Assembly: GCA_937901745.1 (NCBI GenBank)
Contig: CALGSZ010000057.1
Location: 3,816 to 67,815, forward strand
Source: an uncultured Chloroflexota bacterium
Lineage (GTDB): Bacteria; Chloroflexota; Chloroflexia; Thermomicrobiales; UBA6265
DNA length: 64,000 bases
Direction: 5' to 3'
Part shown: positions 28,217-35,755 of the stretch, one piece after another
Numbering within the stretch: the stretch's first letter is position 1
How the letters are laid out: every line of letters starts with the position of its first letter
Program-made: the position numbers and the translations under genes
Notes under the pieces: model-generated
Database searches by the model: none
Told to the model about the DNA's origin: nothing
What the model saw: only the letters and a program-made list of their open reading frames with translations

Positions 28217-28567
28217 CTACTCGATCGGCTGGCCGGCTTCGACCCAGGCGATCATCCCGCCGGTGAGGTTCTTGACGTTCTGAAACCCGCTCCGGATCAG
28301 GAACTCTGTCGCCTTGGCACTGCGATTCCCGGAGCGGCAGACGAGGACGGCCGGTTTGTCGGGGTCGATCTCGCCGGTGCGGATCGGGAGTTCGCCCAGG
28401 GGAATCAGCCGCGCGCCGGCAATATGGCCAGCGGCGTACTCCTCCGGCTCGCGCACGTCAATGATTTGCAGCTCTTCGCCGGCCGCCTGGTCGCGCACCA
28501 GGGTGGCGACATCGGTTTCCGGCACTGCAGGCTTGTTGCCGAAAAGATGGCTCAGCAAGGTTTCCAA
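28217..28567 (-). CDS. Single-domain rhodanese sulfurtransferase
   Basis: Active-site loop VLVCRSGNRS. 116 aa. Last gene of the cst-like string. Confidence 0.85.
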   Translation of the reverse strand: METLLSHLFGNKPAVPETDVATLVRDQAAGEELQIIDVREPEEYAAGHIAGARLIPLGELPIRTGEIDPDKPAVLVCRSGNRSAKATEFLIRSGFQNVKNLTGGMIAWVEAGQPIE

Positions 28568-28610
28568 CTCCTCATGCGACCTGGGCTCGCAACGCGCATC
28601 CGCGCGGCGG

Positions 28611-30008
28611 TCACTCTGTTTCCACGGGTAAGCCGGCTTCCGCCCACGCTACCATGCCCCCAGCCACGTTGACTAGATCCCATCTCCCGAGCGGCTCCAG
28701 CAGGCTGATCGCCACCGTCGAGCGGTAGCCGGTGCCGCAGATGACCGCCAGTGTGCTCGCTCCATTGACTGGAATCTCGGCCCCCCGTGCGATCTCCCCG
28801 ACAAAGCGGTTCGCCGCGCCGGAAATACGACCGCTCTTCCATTCCGCCGACGATCGCACGTCGAGCACGACCAAATCTTGCGCGCTCTGAAGTCGATCGT
28901 GAAGCTGCGATGGCGTAATCTCCGGGATGGATGCCACCGGGCGACCCGAGGCTTGCCAAGCCTCCACGCCACCCTCCAGATACCCAGCCACCGAATCCAA
29001 GCCGATCCGGCGTAGGTCGGTGCGAGCCGCCTCGAAATGCGCCTCATCGTCCACGATGAGGATCAGGTCGCGGTCGTAGGGCGCGAGCCAACCGGCCCAG
29101 TTGACGAAGTCTGGACTGTCACCAGCGAAATACGAGCCGGGAATATGCGCCGCGAGGAACGCTTGCGGTGATCGCGCATCCATGACGAGAGCGCCGGCCG
29201 CCAGCCGGTGCTCGACCTCGTCGGGATCGAGCGGCCGTCCGGCCGGAAGCTCCGAGAGGAGCGCCGGTCCGACTTTGTTGACGCGCTTCATGGTCGGATA
29301 GTAGGTAGGCGGCGTGGGCAAATCGCTCAACACCGCGCTGATGAATGTCTCCTTCGAGGCGAGCGTCGCGGGCTGCATCGCGTAATTGAAGCGACGCTCC
29401 TGACCCATCGTGGTATGTGGCGCGTCGCCGATCTTCCTGCCGCACGATGAGCCGGCGGTGTGGCCTGGATAGACAATCACGTCGTCCGGCAGCCAGGTCA
29501 GGCGATTGGCGAAGGTCTCGTACAGTTGCTCGGCCAGACCTTGCGTGTGGGCTGGCCCTAGGAGATCCGGCCGGCCAACCTCTCCGACGAAGAGCAAATC
29601 CCCCGAGTAGAGCGCGATCGGCGCGTCGCGTTGTGCGGGGTCATAGAGGAGAAAGCTCATGTGCTCCGGCGTGTGTCCGGGCGTCCAGAACGCGCGCAGG
29701 CGGAGCCGCCCGACGGCGATCTCGTCACCGTCGTCCAGGGGCCGGTGCGGGAACTCGGATTGGCCGAGCCGGCTGGCGTAGATGGGAGCGCCGGTCGCCG
29801 CCGCTAGCTCGCGAGCGCCGGAGACGAAGTCGGCGTGGACGTGCGTTTCGAGAATCGCCGTGATTTTCAAGCCCCGCTTCGCGGCCCACTCGAGATAGGC
29901 ATCGATGTCGCGTCGAGGATCGATGACAGCGACTTCGCCCGCCGCCTCATCAGCGATGAGGTACGCGACTTGAGCCAGGCCTGGGGTGTACACGCGATCG
30001 AGGATCAC
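28611..30008 (-). CDS. Persulfide dioxygenase (MBL fold) fused to two rhodanese domains (CstB-like)
   Basis: Metallo-beta-lactamase motif ILETHVHADF, followed by two rhodanese-like domains. The last carries the catalytic loop VICGTGYRS. Confidence 0.85.
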   Translation of the reverse strand: MILDRVYTPGLAQVAYLIADEAAGEVAVIDPRRDIDAYLEWAAKRGLKITAILETHVHADFVSGARELAAATGAPIYASRLGQSEFPHRPLDDGDEIAVGRLRLRAFWTPGHTPEHMSFLLYDPAQRDAPIALYSGDLLFVGEVGRPDLLGPAHTQGLAEQLYETFANRLTWLPDDVIVYPGHTAGSSCGRKIGDAPHTTMGQERRFNYAMQPATLASKETFISAVLSDLPTPPTYYPTMKRVNKVGPALLSELPAGRPLDPDEVEHRLAAGALVMDARSPQAFLAAHIPGSYFAGDSPDFVNWAGWLAPYDRDLILIVDDEAHFEAARTDLRRIGLDSVAGYLEGGVEAWQASGRPVASIPEITPSQLHDRLQSAQDLVVLDVRSSAEWKSGRISGAANRFVGEIARGAEIPVNGASTLAVICGTGYRSTVAISLLEPLGRWDLVNVAGGMVAWAEAGLPVETE

Positions 30009-30055
30009 CTGGATCCCTCCTTGGTAAGGGTGAGTACGGTCAGAGCGGGCGATGC

Positions 30056-30340
30056 CTACCGCCCGCTACGCACGAGCGCGCGCACGGCTTGCTCGATTGC
30101 TTCCTGGGGAGAGTCGAATTCCTCCGGGTGACGCAGGCAGCGCAAGGCGAACGCTTCGAGGAGGTGACCACTGAGGCCATTGACAGCGGCCCTGACGGCG
30201 GCGAGCTGGTTTATGATCTCCACGCAGTCTCGCCCCTCTTCGACCATGCGCTGGATGCCCCTGGTCTGGCCCTCGATCTTCTTCAGCCGATCAATGATCT
30301 CCGCTCGCTCTTCGGCGGGGAGGTTATGGACACTCGCCAC
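30056..30340 (-). CDS. CsoR/RcnR (DUF156)-family repressor, CstR-like Cys/Cys fingerprint
   Basis: IEGQTRGIQRMVEEGRDCVEIINQ...HLLEAFALRCL. The two Cys are retained, and the position 4 residues before the second Cys is Phe instead of the copper-ligand His of CsoR. Confidence 0.85.
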   Translation of the reverse strand: MASVHNLPAEERAEIIDRLKKIEGQTRGIQRMVEEGRDCVEIINQLAAVRAAVNGLSGHLLEAFALRCLRHPEEFDSPQEAIEQAVRALVRSGR

Positions 30341-30374
30341 GATGCACTCCTGATGCGCGTTGCGCGCCTGGAAG

Positions 30375-30599
30375 CTATTCAGGACAGCGACTCGACGAGG
30401 AAATTGCGCAGCCGCCGATTGAGACGCCGCATAGGCCGGTGGCGCTGACCAGCGACCGAGGGGACACGGCGTTGAGCTGGCGCAGCGCGGTCATCTGGCC
30501 GCATTGCGGGCATTCGAGCACACCCGGCCCGGGTATGGTGCGGACCGCCTGCTCGAAGACGTGGTCACATTGCTTACACCGATATTCGTAAGTCGGCAT
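30375..30599 (-). CDS. FmdB-family zinc-ribbon protein with extra Cys-rich tail
   Basis: MPTYEYRCKQCDHVFE...ECPQCG is the family signature. The C-terminal tail has three further Cys (GLCGVSIGGC...RC). Confidence 0.7.
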   Translation of the reverse strand: MPTYEYRCKQCDHVFEQAVRTIPGPGVLECPQCGQMTALRQLNAVSPRSLVSATGLCGVSIGGCAISSSSRCPE

Positions 30600-30646
30600 C
30601 AACGACGGCTCCCTCCATGTGGCCACGTAACGGCCAGACGGGAGTG

Positions 30647-30675
30647 AATATACCCTACCCCCCTATAGTAATCAA
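30647..30675 (-). promoter_or_regulatory. Sigma-70-like promoter of the cst-like operon, with a G-tract CsoR-type operator candidate in the spacer
   Basis: Minus strand: TTGATT (30675-30670), 17-nt spacer ACTATAGGGGGGTAGGG, TATATT (30652-30647). The plus strand shows ATATACCC...CCCCTATAG. Confidence 0.45.
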
Positions 30676-30696
30676 GTGCTGGGTGCTGGGTGCTGA
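30676..30696. repeat. Tandem heptamer GTGCTGG GTGCTGG GTGCTGA
   Basis: Read directly. It abuts the -35 above and is followed by a run of G3-4 tracts (30697-30738). Confidence 0.8.
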
Positions 30697-30839
30697 GGGG
30701 ACGGGATGCGGGTGGTGTGGATGGGGATGATGGGTGGGCATAGAATTTGTGGGCCGAGCCGCATGCAACTGAGGGCCCGTGGCGAGCCGGCGTACTGGTT
30801 GGCAGGAGTCGGATCGAGAGGGGAGAAAGGAGCGAAGCG

Positions 30840-32039
30840 ATGGGTGAGCATCGTGGCGCTGTACTGTCGTTCCATCGCGCGGCTGAGCTTTCCCGGCGCG
30901 ATCTGTTGCGTCGCCTGACTGCCGCCGGATTCTCTGCCCCCGTGATCGCGTCCATCCTCATGTCGGAAGGGCTGGCGCAGGAAGCCTCGCCCGCGGCTAC
31001 TCCGGCCGCGCCTCAGCCTGACCCGTCGATTACGGGCAAGGATCCCCGCATGATCGTCAACGATCCGCTCAACCTCGAGACGCCGCTTCACGAGCTCGAC
31101 GACCTGATCGTGCCCAATGAGCTGTTCTTCGTCCGCAGCCATGCGCCGGTGCCCACGATCGCGCCGGCGGATTACCGGCTACAGGTAACTGGGCATGTCG
31201 AGCGAGAGCTGCAGCTGAGTTTGGACGACCTCAGGGGCATGCCACAGCAGACGATCACGGCCTTCCTCGAGTGCTCGGGCAACAGCCGCAGCCGGTTCGA
31301 TCCGATCGCGGATGGGACCCAGTGGGGCAACGGCGCGGTCGGCACGGCGGAATGGACCGGCGTGCGGCTCCGCGACGTGCTCGAGATGGCGGGTGTCAGG
31401 GAAGGCGCGGTCGATGTCGTCTCCCAAGGCGGCGATCTGGAGGTAATGCAGCGCGGCTTGCCGCTGGGCAAGGCGTACGAACCCAACACGCTCATCGTCT
31501 TACAGATGAATGGCGTAGATTTGCCGCCCGCTCACGGTGGGCCGGCGCGACTCTTCGTGCCGGGCTGGGGTGGCATCGCCTCGACCAAGTGGCTCGTCCG
31601 CCTCGAGGTGCTCGATCGCGTCTTCAACGGCCGCTTCAATTCCGAGTCGTACCAGATCATCACCGAGGAGGGGGTGAAAGTCCGGCCGGTGCGCGAGATG
31701 CCGGTCAAGTCGGTCATCACGCGGCCGCTTCCCGGCGATCAGCTAACCGCCGGCCAACAGACGCTCGTCGGGTATGCCTGGTCGGGTTACGGCGGCATTG
31801 CCACCGTCGAGGTCAGCGTTGATGACGGCGCGACCTGGGCGGAGGCGCAAATCACCCACCAGGCTGGTCCGCTCGCCTGGGTGCGATTCGAGTACACCTG
31901 GGACGCGCAGCCGGGGCAGACGCGGCTCCTGTCGCGAGCGACCGATGAGCTAGGCGAGCAACAACCGACGGAAGTGCCTTGGAACTCCCGAGGCTACCAG
32001 ATGAACGCGATCTATCCGGTCCCGGTGACCATCTCGTGA
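30840..32039 (+). CDS. Tat-exported molybdopterin sulfite-oxidase-family enzyme (SorA-like)
   Basis: ATG 30840 follows GAGAAAGGAG. Twin-arginine signal SRRDLLRRLTAAGF. FFVRSH and Moco-Cys motif FLECSGNSRS. C-terminal dimerisation-like domain. Confidence 0.8.
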   Translation: MGEHRGAVLSFHRAAELSRRDLLRRLTAAGFSAPVIASILMSEGLAQEASPAATPAAPQPDPSITGKDPRMIVNDPLNLETPLHELDDLIVPNELFFVRSHAPVPTIAPADYRLQVTGHVERELQLSLDDLRGMPQQTITAFLECSGNSRSRFDPIADGTQWGNGAVGTAEWTGVRLRDVLEMAGVREGAVDVVSQGGDLEVMQRGLPLGKAYEPNTLIVLQMNGVDLPPAHGGPARLFVPGWGGIASTKWLVRLEVLDRVFNGRFNSESYQIITEEGVKVRPVREMPVKSVITRPLPGDQLTAGQQTLVGYAWSGYGGIATVEVSVDDGATWAEAQITHQAGPLAWVRFEYTWDAQPGQTRLLSRATDELGEQQPTEVPWNSRGYQMNAIYPVPVTIS

Positions 32040-32103
32040 TGCGCTCGGCGGATCGCTGCCTCTGACGGCCAGCAACGCGACACCGGCAGATCGGGCACGT
32101 GAG

Positions 32104-32136
32104 AACGGGAGGATGGCGGATGGTCATCCTCCCGTT
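32104..32136. terminator. Bidirectional hairpin between the SorA-like and AKR genes
   Basis: AACGGGAGGATG (32104-32115) pairs perfectly with CATCCTCCCGTT (32125-32136); 9-nt loop. Confidence 0.6.
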
Positions 32137-32162
32137 GCTTCTCGCTCGATTCGCGACGAGGA

Positions 32163-33101
32163 TCAGTCGGCCGCGCCCTTCAGCGGGTAGTCGTGCGCCA
32201 GACGCCCCTCGTTAGCGTCGTAATCGCGTGTCGTCTTGAACGGCTCGAATTTGCCGTCCCGTGCGACCGCGGCCGTGCGGGCGAGAATGTCGGCTCGCTC
32301 CTCATCGGTCAGCGGAGTGAAGTTGCGCGCGGTGGCGACGTTCTTCTCGAGAACTTCCATCGAGTCGATGCCGCTGACGACCGTCGCGACGGGTAGGCTC
32401 ATGGTGTAGCGGAGCGCCTCGGCTGGCGTGACGTTGGCGCCGCTGTGGAGTAGGTGCCCATCCGCCAGGCTCTTCATCGCGATGACCGCGATGCCCTGCT
32501 CCTGGCAGATCGGAAGGATCTCCCGCTCGAAGCTCGCGTAGTGGGCGTCAAGGACATTGAGCGGCATCTGGCAGGCGTCCCAGGGGAAGCCGTGGGAGAG
32601 CATTCGCTTGAAGATGTCCGGGTGCTTGTGCCCGGTGAAGCCGATGTACCGGACCTTCCCCTGCTCCTTCGCCTTGAGCAGCGCTTCGGCCGATCCGCCG
32701 GGCGCGAAGATCCAATCCGGGTCGTCCTCCCATACCACCTCGTGGATCTGCCAGAGATCCAAGTAATCGACCTGGAGGCGCTGAAGGCTTTGCTCGAGCT
32801 TGAGAAGCGAGTTCTTCGCCTTGCGGTCGTGAGCGCAGTCCTTGGTCATGACGAAGAGCTGGTCGCGCTTGCCCCAGGTGCGGATCGCCTTGCCCATCCG
32901 CACCTCAGAGATTCCGGAGTTGTACTCCCAGGCGTTATCGAGGAATGTCACACCCGCGTCGAAGGCCGCGTGCATCAGCCGGATCGCCTCGTCCTCGGGC
33001 GGGACACCGATGTGAAATCCGCCGAGACCGAGCAGCGAAACCTGCTCGCCGGTCTTTCCGAAGGGGCGGAGCGGCATGCCGGCGGCATTCGTCGTGTTCA
33101 T
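32163..33101 (-). CDS. Aldo/keto reductase
   Basis: LGLGGFHIG, DNAWEYN and HEV motifs. ATG 33101 preceded by GGTGAGGAGG. Confidence 0.85.
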   Translation of the reverse strand: MNTTNAAGMPLRPFGKTGEQVSLLGLGGFHIGVPPEDEAIRLMHAAFDAGVTFLDNAWEYNSGISEVRMGKAIRTWGKRDQLFVMTKDCAHDRKAKNSLLKLEQSLQRLQVDYLDLWQIHEVVWEDDPDWIFAPGGSAEALLKAKEQGKVRYIGFTGHKHPDIFKRMLSHGFPWDACQMPLNVLDAHYASFEREILPICQEQGIAVIAMKSLADGHLLHSGANVTPAEALRYTMSLPVATVVSGIDSMEVLEKNVATARNFTPLTDEERADILARTAAVARDGKFEPFKTTRDYDANEGRLAHDYPLKGAAD

Positions 33102-33231
33102 CCCGATCCTCCTCACCTTGGGACGCAAGGCAGCGACCGCGCTGACTTCTCAGCGACAACAGCGCGCGTGCCAGTTCTTCCTTCCAGCCTCCCTGACCAG
33201 ACCTCTCCCTCCTGGCTGTCCGGCGGGAAGC

Positions 33232-34155
33232 CTACGATAGCACGGCGGTCAGCAGAACGATAACAGCGATGACCGCGACGATCGCGGCGATGACGACCGC
33301 GACGCGGCCCTTGGCAACCGGCGCTTCGCCGCTCACTTTGCCGGACTGTCCGTTGACGACCAGTTGATACGTCTTGCCGTTGTAGCCGAACGCGGCCAGC
33401 CAAGCCGGCAAGTAGAGCAAGCGAGCGGCCAAGTCAGTAACCTGCGTGTCGACGCGCAGATCCTTGTGGCGACTCCCGGGAACGAGCCGGGAGCAGGTGT
33501 CGCGCTCCTTGCTCTCGATTTGCTTCTTCGCGCGCTCCAGTGCGGCCGTGCGATCGAGTGCTGAAAGCTCGACTTCGCGGCCGAGCAGAAAATCTTGCCG
33601 GTAGGAGACGAGCGCGCCCCAGTCGTAATCGCCGAGGCGAGCCAGCCAATCCTGCGGCAAGCCTTTGGAGCCGGAGACGAGCACGCGCTCATATTCGCCT
33701 TCGTGCTGGCCGCCGGCGGGGCGCCAGTCGGTGACGGTCGTGGTGCGCGTTTGCGTGGCTGGCTTGCCGTTCTCCGTTGTGGCGACTTGTTCCTCCACCT
33801 CGCGATCGTAGCCGGCGGTGGCGGTCCAGCGGCTGATTGCTCGGCCGCGGCACTCCCAGACCGGGACATAGACGGCTTGGAGCTTGTGCGTCACCGCCTT
33901 GTCGCGCAGATCCTTCGGGCGGAAGAAGCCTTCGCCGAGCCAGGCGCGGTAGACGCGCTCGACCTCGGTATCGGGGAAGGAGAACGGGATCAGCGCTTCC
34001 GGCTTCGGCACTTCCGGATCGTCTGGACCGGCAATGACGTGCTCGGAGCCGCAGAATGGGCACCGGATACTCGTCCCCTGAGCGACGGCTGCCGTCGTCG
34101 CGCCGCAGTTCTTGCAGGTGAAGCTCGTCGTGGGGTGTGTCGCGGTGGACGCCAT
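33232..34155 (-). CDS. Tail-anchored protein with N-terminal C4 zinc ribbon; function unknown
   Basis: ATG 34155 lies 9-10 nt after AAGGAG. CKNCG...CPFCG ribbon, a central region of about 250 aa, and a C-terminal TM VAVVIAAIVAVIAVIVLLTAVLS. Confidence 0.6.
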   Translation of the reverse strand: MASTATHPTTSFTCKNCGATTAAVAQGTSIRCPFCGSEHVIAGPDDPEVPKPEALIPFSFPDTEVERVYRAWLGEGFFRPKDLRDKAVTHKLQAVYVPVWECRGRAISRWTATAGYDREVEEQVATTENGKPATQTRTTTVTDWRPAGGQHEGEYERVLVSGSKGLPQDWLARLGDYDWGALVSYRQDFLLGREVELSALDRTAALERAKKQIESKERDTCSRLVPGSRHKDLRVDTQVTDLAARLLYLPAWLAAFGYNGKTYQLVVNGQSGKVSGEAPVAKGRVAVVIAAIVAVIAVIVLLTAVLS

Positions 34156-34266
34156 TTGATCTCGCTCCTTGCGCACGCGCGGCTGCCGGTGGGGCATTGT
34201 TTCGTGATGCTGATAATGGCACAGATCGGTCCCCATTTCGTAGGGGCGGGACCTGTGCCGCCCGAA

Positions 34267-34399
34267 GGGCGACAACATCCATCAAAATGGCGCTACGTTG
34301 TGGCAAGGCACCCACTGCCGGCAGGGAGACAACATTCATCCAAACGGCGCCACCTGGCGGACAAATCACCGACGGTCCGTTGGGCGATGACATCCAATG
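34267..34399. repeat. Phased degenerate direct repeats (27-nt core, 57-58 nt period) in a divergent intergenic region
   Basis: GGGCGACAACATCCATCAAAATGGCGC (34267-34293) vs GGGAGACAACATTCATCCAAACGGCGC (34324-34350): 23/27 identical. Weaker third copy GGGCGATGACATCCAATG (34382-34399): 13/18. Confidence 0.6.
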
Positions 34400-34415
34400 T
34401 AGGAGGCAGGCATCA

Positions 34416-34805
34416 ATGACGAACGCTGGTGAGCGGGTTGCCACATTCCGCAAGGAGCGGCAGCGGCAGAACGCGCGAATCGCGGAGTTACAGCACCTCG
34501 GCATCAACCGCTTCTTCCGGCTCGATAGCGCGGCCTACGAGGATGGTCCGCTGCCGGGGCGCACGAAAGAGCTGCTCGGTTTGGTCGCCTCACTCGTCCT
34601 CCGCTGCGACGACTGCGTGACGTACCACCTCGATCAGTGCGTGGCAGCGGGCTGGACTGACGAGGAAATCGCCGATGCGCTCAACGTCGGGCTCGTCGTC
34701 GGTGGCAGCATCGTCATCCCGCACTTGCGCCGTGCGGTCGACACCCTCGACGCGATCCGGGCTGAGCACGATGCGAAGGCCTCTCAGGAAGGGGATGGCC
34801 GATGA
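34416..34805 (+). CDS. Carboxymuconolactone decarboxylase-family (AhpD-like) protein
   Basis: ATG 34416 follows AGGAGG. CMD-domain CxxC motif LRCDDCVTYH. Confidence 0.8.
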   Translation: MTNAGERVATFRKERQRQNARIAELQHLGINRFFRLDSAAYEDGPLPGRTKELLGLVASLVLRCDDCVTYHLDQCVAAGWTDEEIADALNVGLVVGGSIVIPHLRRAVDTLDAIRAEHDAKASQEGDGR

Positions 34806-34841
34806 GGTGTCTGGCATGAAGTTTGCGTCAGGAAGAAAATT

Positions 34842-34875
34842 GCCCCAAGGGAGGCCATTTGGGCGAACTTGGGGC
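34842..34875 (+). terminator. Hairpin after the AhpD-like gene (terminator or dps regulatory element)
   Basis: GCCCCAAG (34842-34849) pairs with CTTGGGGC (34868-34875); 18-nt loop; no U tract. Confidence 0.3.
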
Positions 34876-34924
34876 GATCTACCCTGAATTAGAAAGTTTC
34901 GCTGATCCATAGGAGGTGGACACA

Positions 34925-35419
34925 ATGACAGCGACGACGCGGAAGTTCCGCACCGCGAATGATCTTCCCGCGAAGACGCGCGAGGCGATGATCGAACTGT
35001 GCAACCAGCAGCTGGCGGATAGCCTCGATCTCTACAGCCAGCTCAAGCAGGCGCATTGGAACGTCAAGGGCAAGGACTTCTTCCAGCTCCATGAGCTCTT
35101 TGATGAGCTGGCGGCGCATGCCCTGGAGTGGGTAGATCTCATTGCCGAGCGGGCGACGGCGCTCGGCGGCGAGGCGCGGGGCACTGTCCGCATGTCCGCG
35201 GCCAATTCGCGCTTGCCGGAGTATCCCAGCGATGTGACCGAAGGCATGGAGCACGTCAAGGCGCTGGTTGAGCGTATGGCCAATTACGCCGCCTCGACGC
35301 GGGCCGCCATCGACACCGCGAGCGAGGCGGGCGATCAGTCGACGTCTGACATGTTCACCGAGGTCTCCCGGCAAGCGGATAAGGACCTCTGGTTCCTCGA
35401 GGCACACCTGCAAGGATAA
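34925..35419 (+). CDS. dps: Dps (DNA protection during starvation) ferritin-like protein
   Basis: LKQAHWNVKGKDFFQLHELFDE ferroxidase-site motif. AGGAGG lies 8 nt upstream of ATG 34925; GTG 34916 is too close to it. Confidence 0.9.
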   Translation: MTATTRKFRTANDLPAKTREAMIELCNQQLADSLDLYSQLKQAHWNVKGKDFFQLHELFDELAAHALEWVDLIAERATALGGEARGTVRMSAANSRLPEYPSDVTEGMEHVKALVERMANYAASTRAAIDTASEAGDQSTSDMFTEVSRQADKDLWFLEAHLQG

Positions 35420-35433
35420 GCACGTCAGGAGAT

Positions 35434-35503
35434 GCCGCGGCTCAGCGGGCTGTGAGGGCGGGCGGAAAGATCCGCCGCCATCCCGGGCCGCGGCTTCTGT
35501 TTG
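35434..35503 (+). terminator. Compound hairpin plus T-rich tail after dps
   Basis: The palindromic GCCGCGGC occurs at 35434-35441 and 35487-35494, enclosing a GGCGG/CCGCC hairpin. Followed by TTCTGTTTG. Confidence 0.5.
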
Positions 35504-35755
35504 CCGCGCTCGGCGCCAGTCGAACGCATGTCCTATACTATTGAATAGCCTGGCTCGCGGGAGGTGAGGGGAGCGCTCCACCGGATCGGTTGCGGCGTGC
35601 TTGTCTCGCTGCCTGCCATCTGGCATGCTGACCGTGGCAGGCTCTCGATGCGCAGATCGCCCCGCGCAGGCACTGTCCCCGATTGCCTCTGATACGCGCG
35701 AGCCGCAAGATGTGCTGCCTGCCACGGTTCATCGTCGCTACGACTGGAACGGATC

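Noticed and set aside
34267-34399. Possible mini-CRISPR array (27-nt repeats with 30-31 nt spacers)
   Set aside because: Only two good repeats, which differ at 4 of 27 positions, plus a poor third. The spacer segments are themselves related. There are no cas genes and no leader. It is better described as a degenerate tandem repeat in a promoter region.
35522-35533. Second SOS-box-like sequence GAACGCATGTCC
   Set aside because: One mismatch in the right half-site (GTCC instead of GTTC). Reported only as context for the perfect box at 16730.
35420-35755. SRP RNA (ffs) or a ylxM-like small gene in the long dps-ffh gap
   Set aside because: No GGAAGCAGCC-type helix-8 motif is found here or elsewhere in the window. 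The ORFs in the gap (35268-35567, 35601-35822) have implausible composition and no SD.
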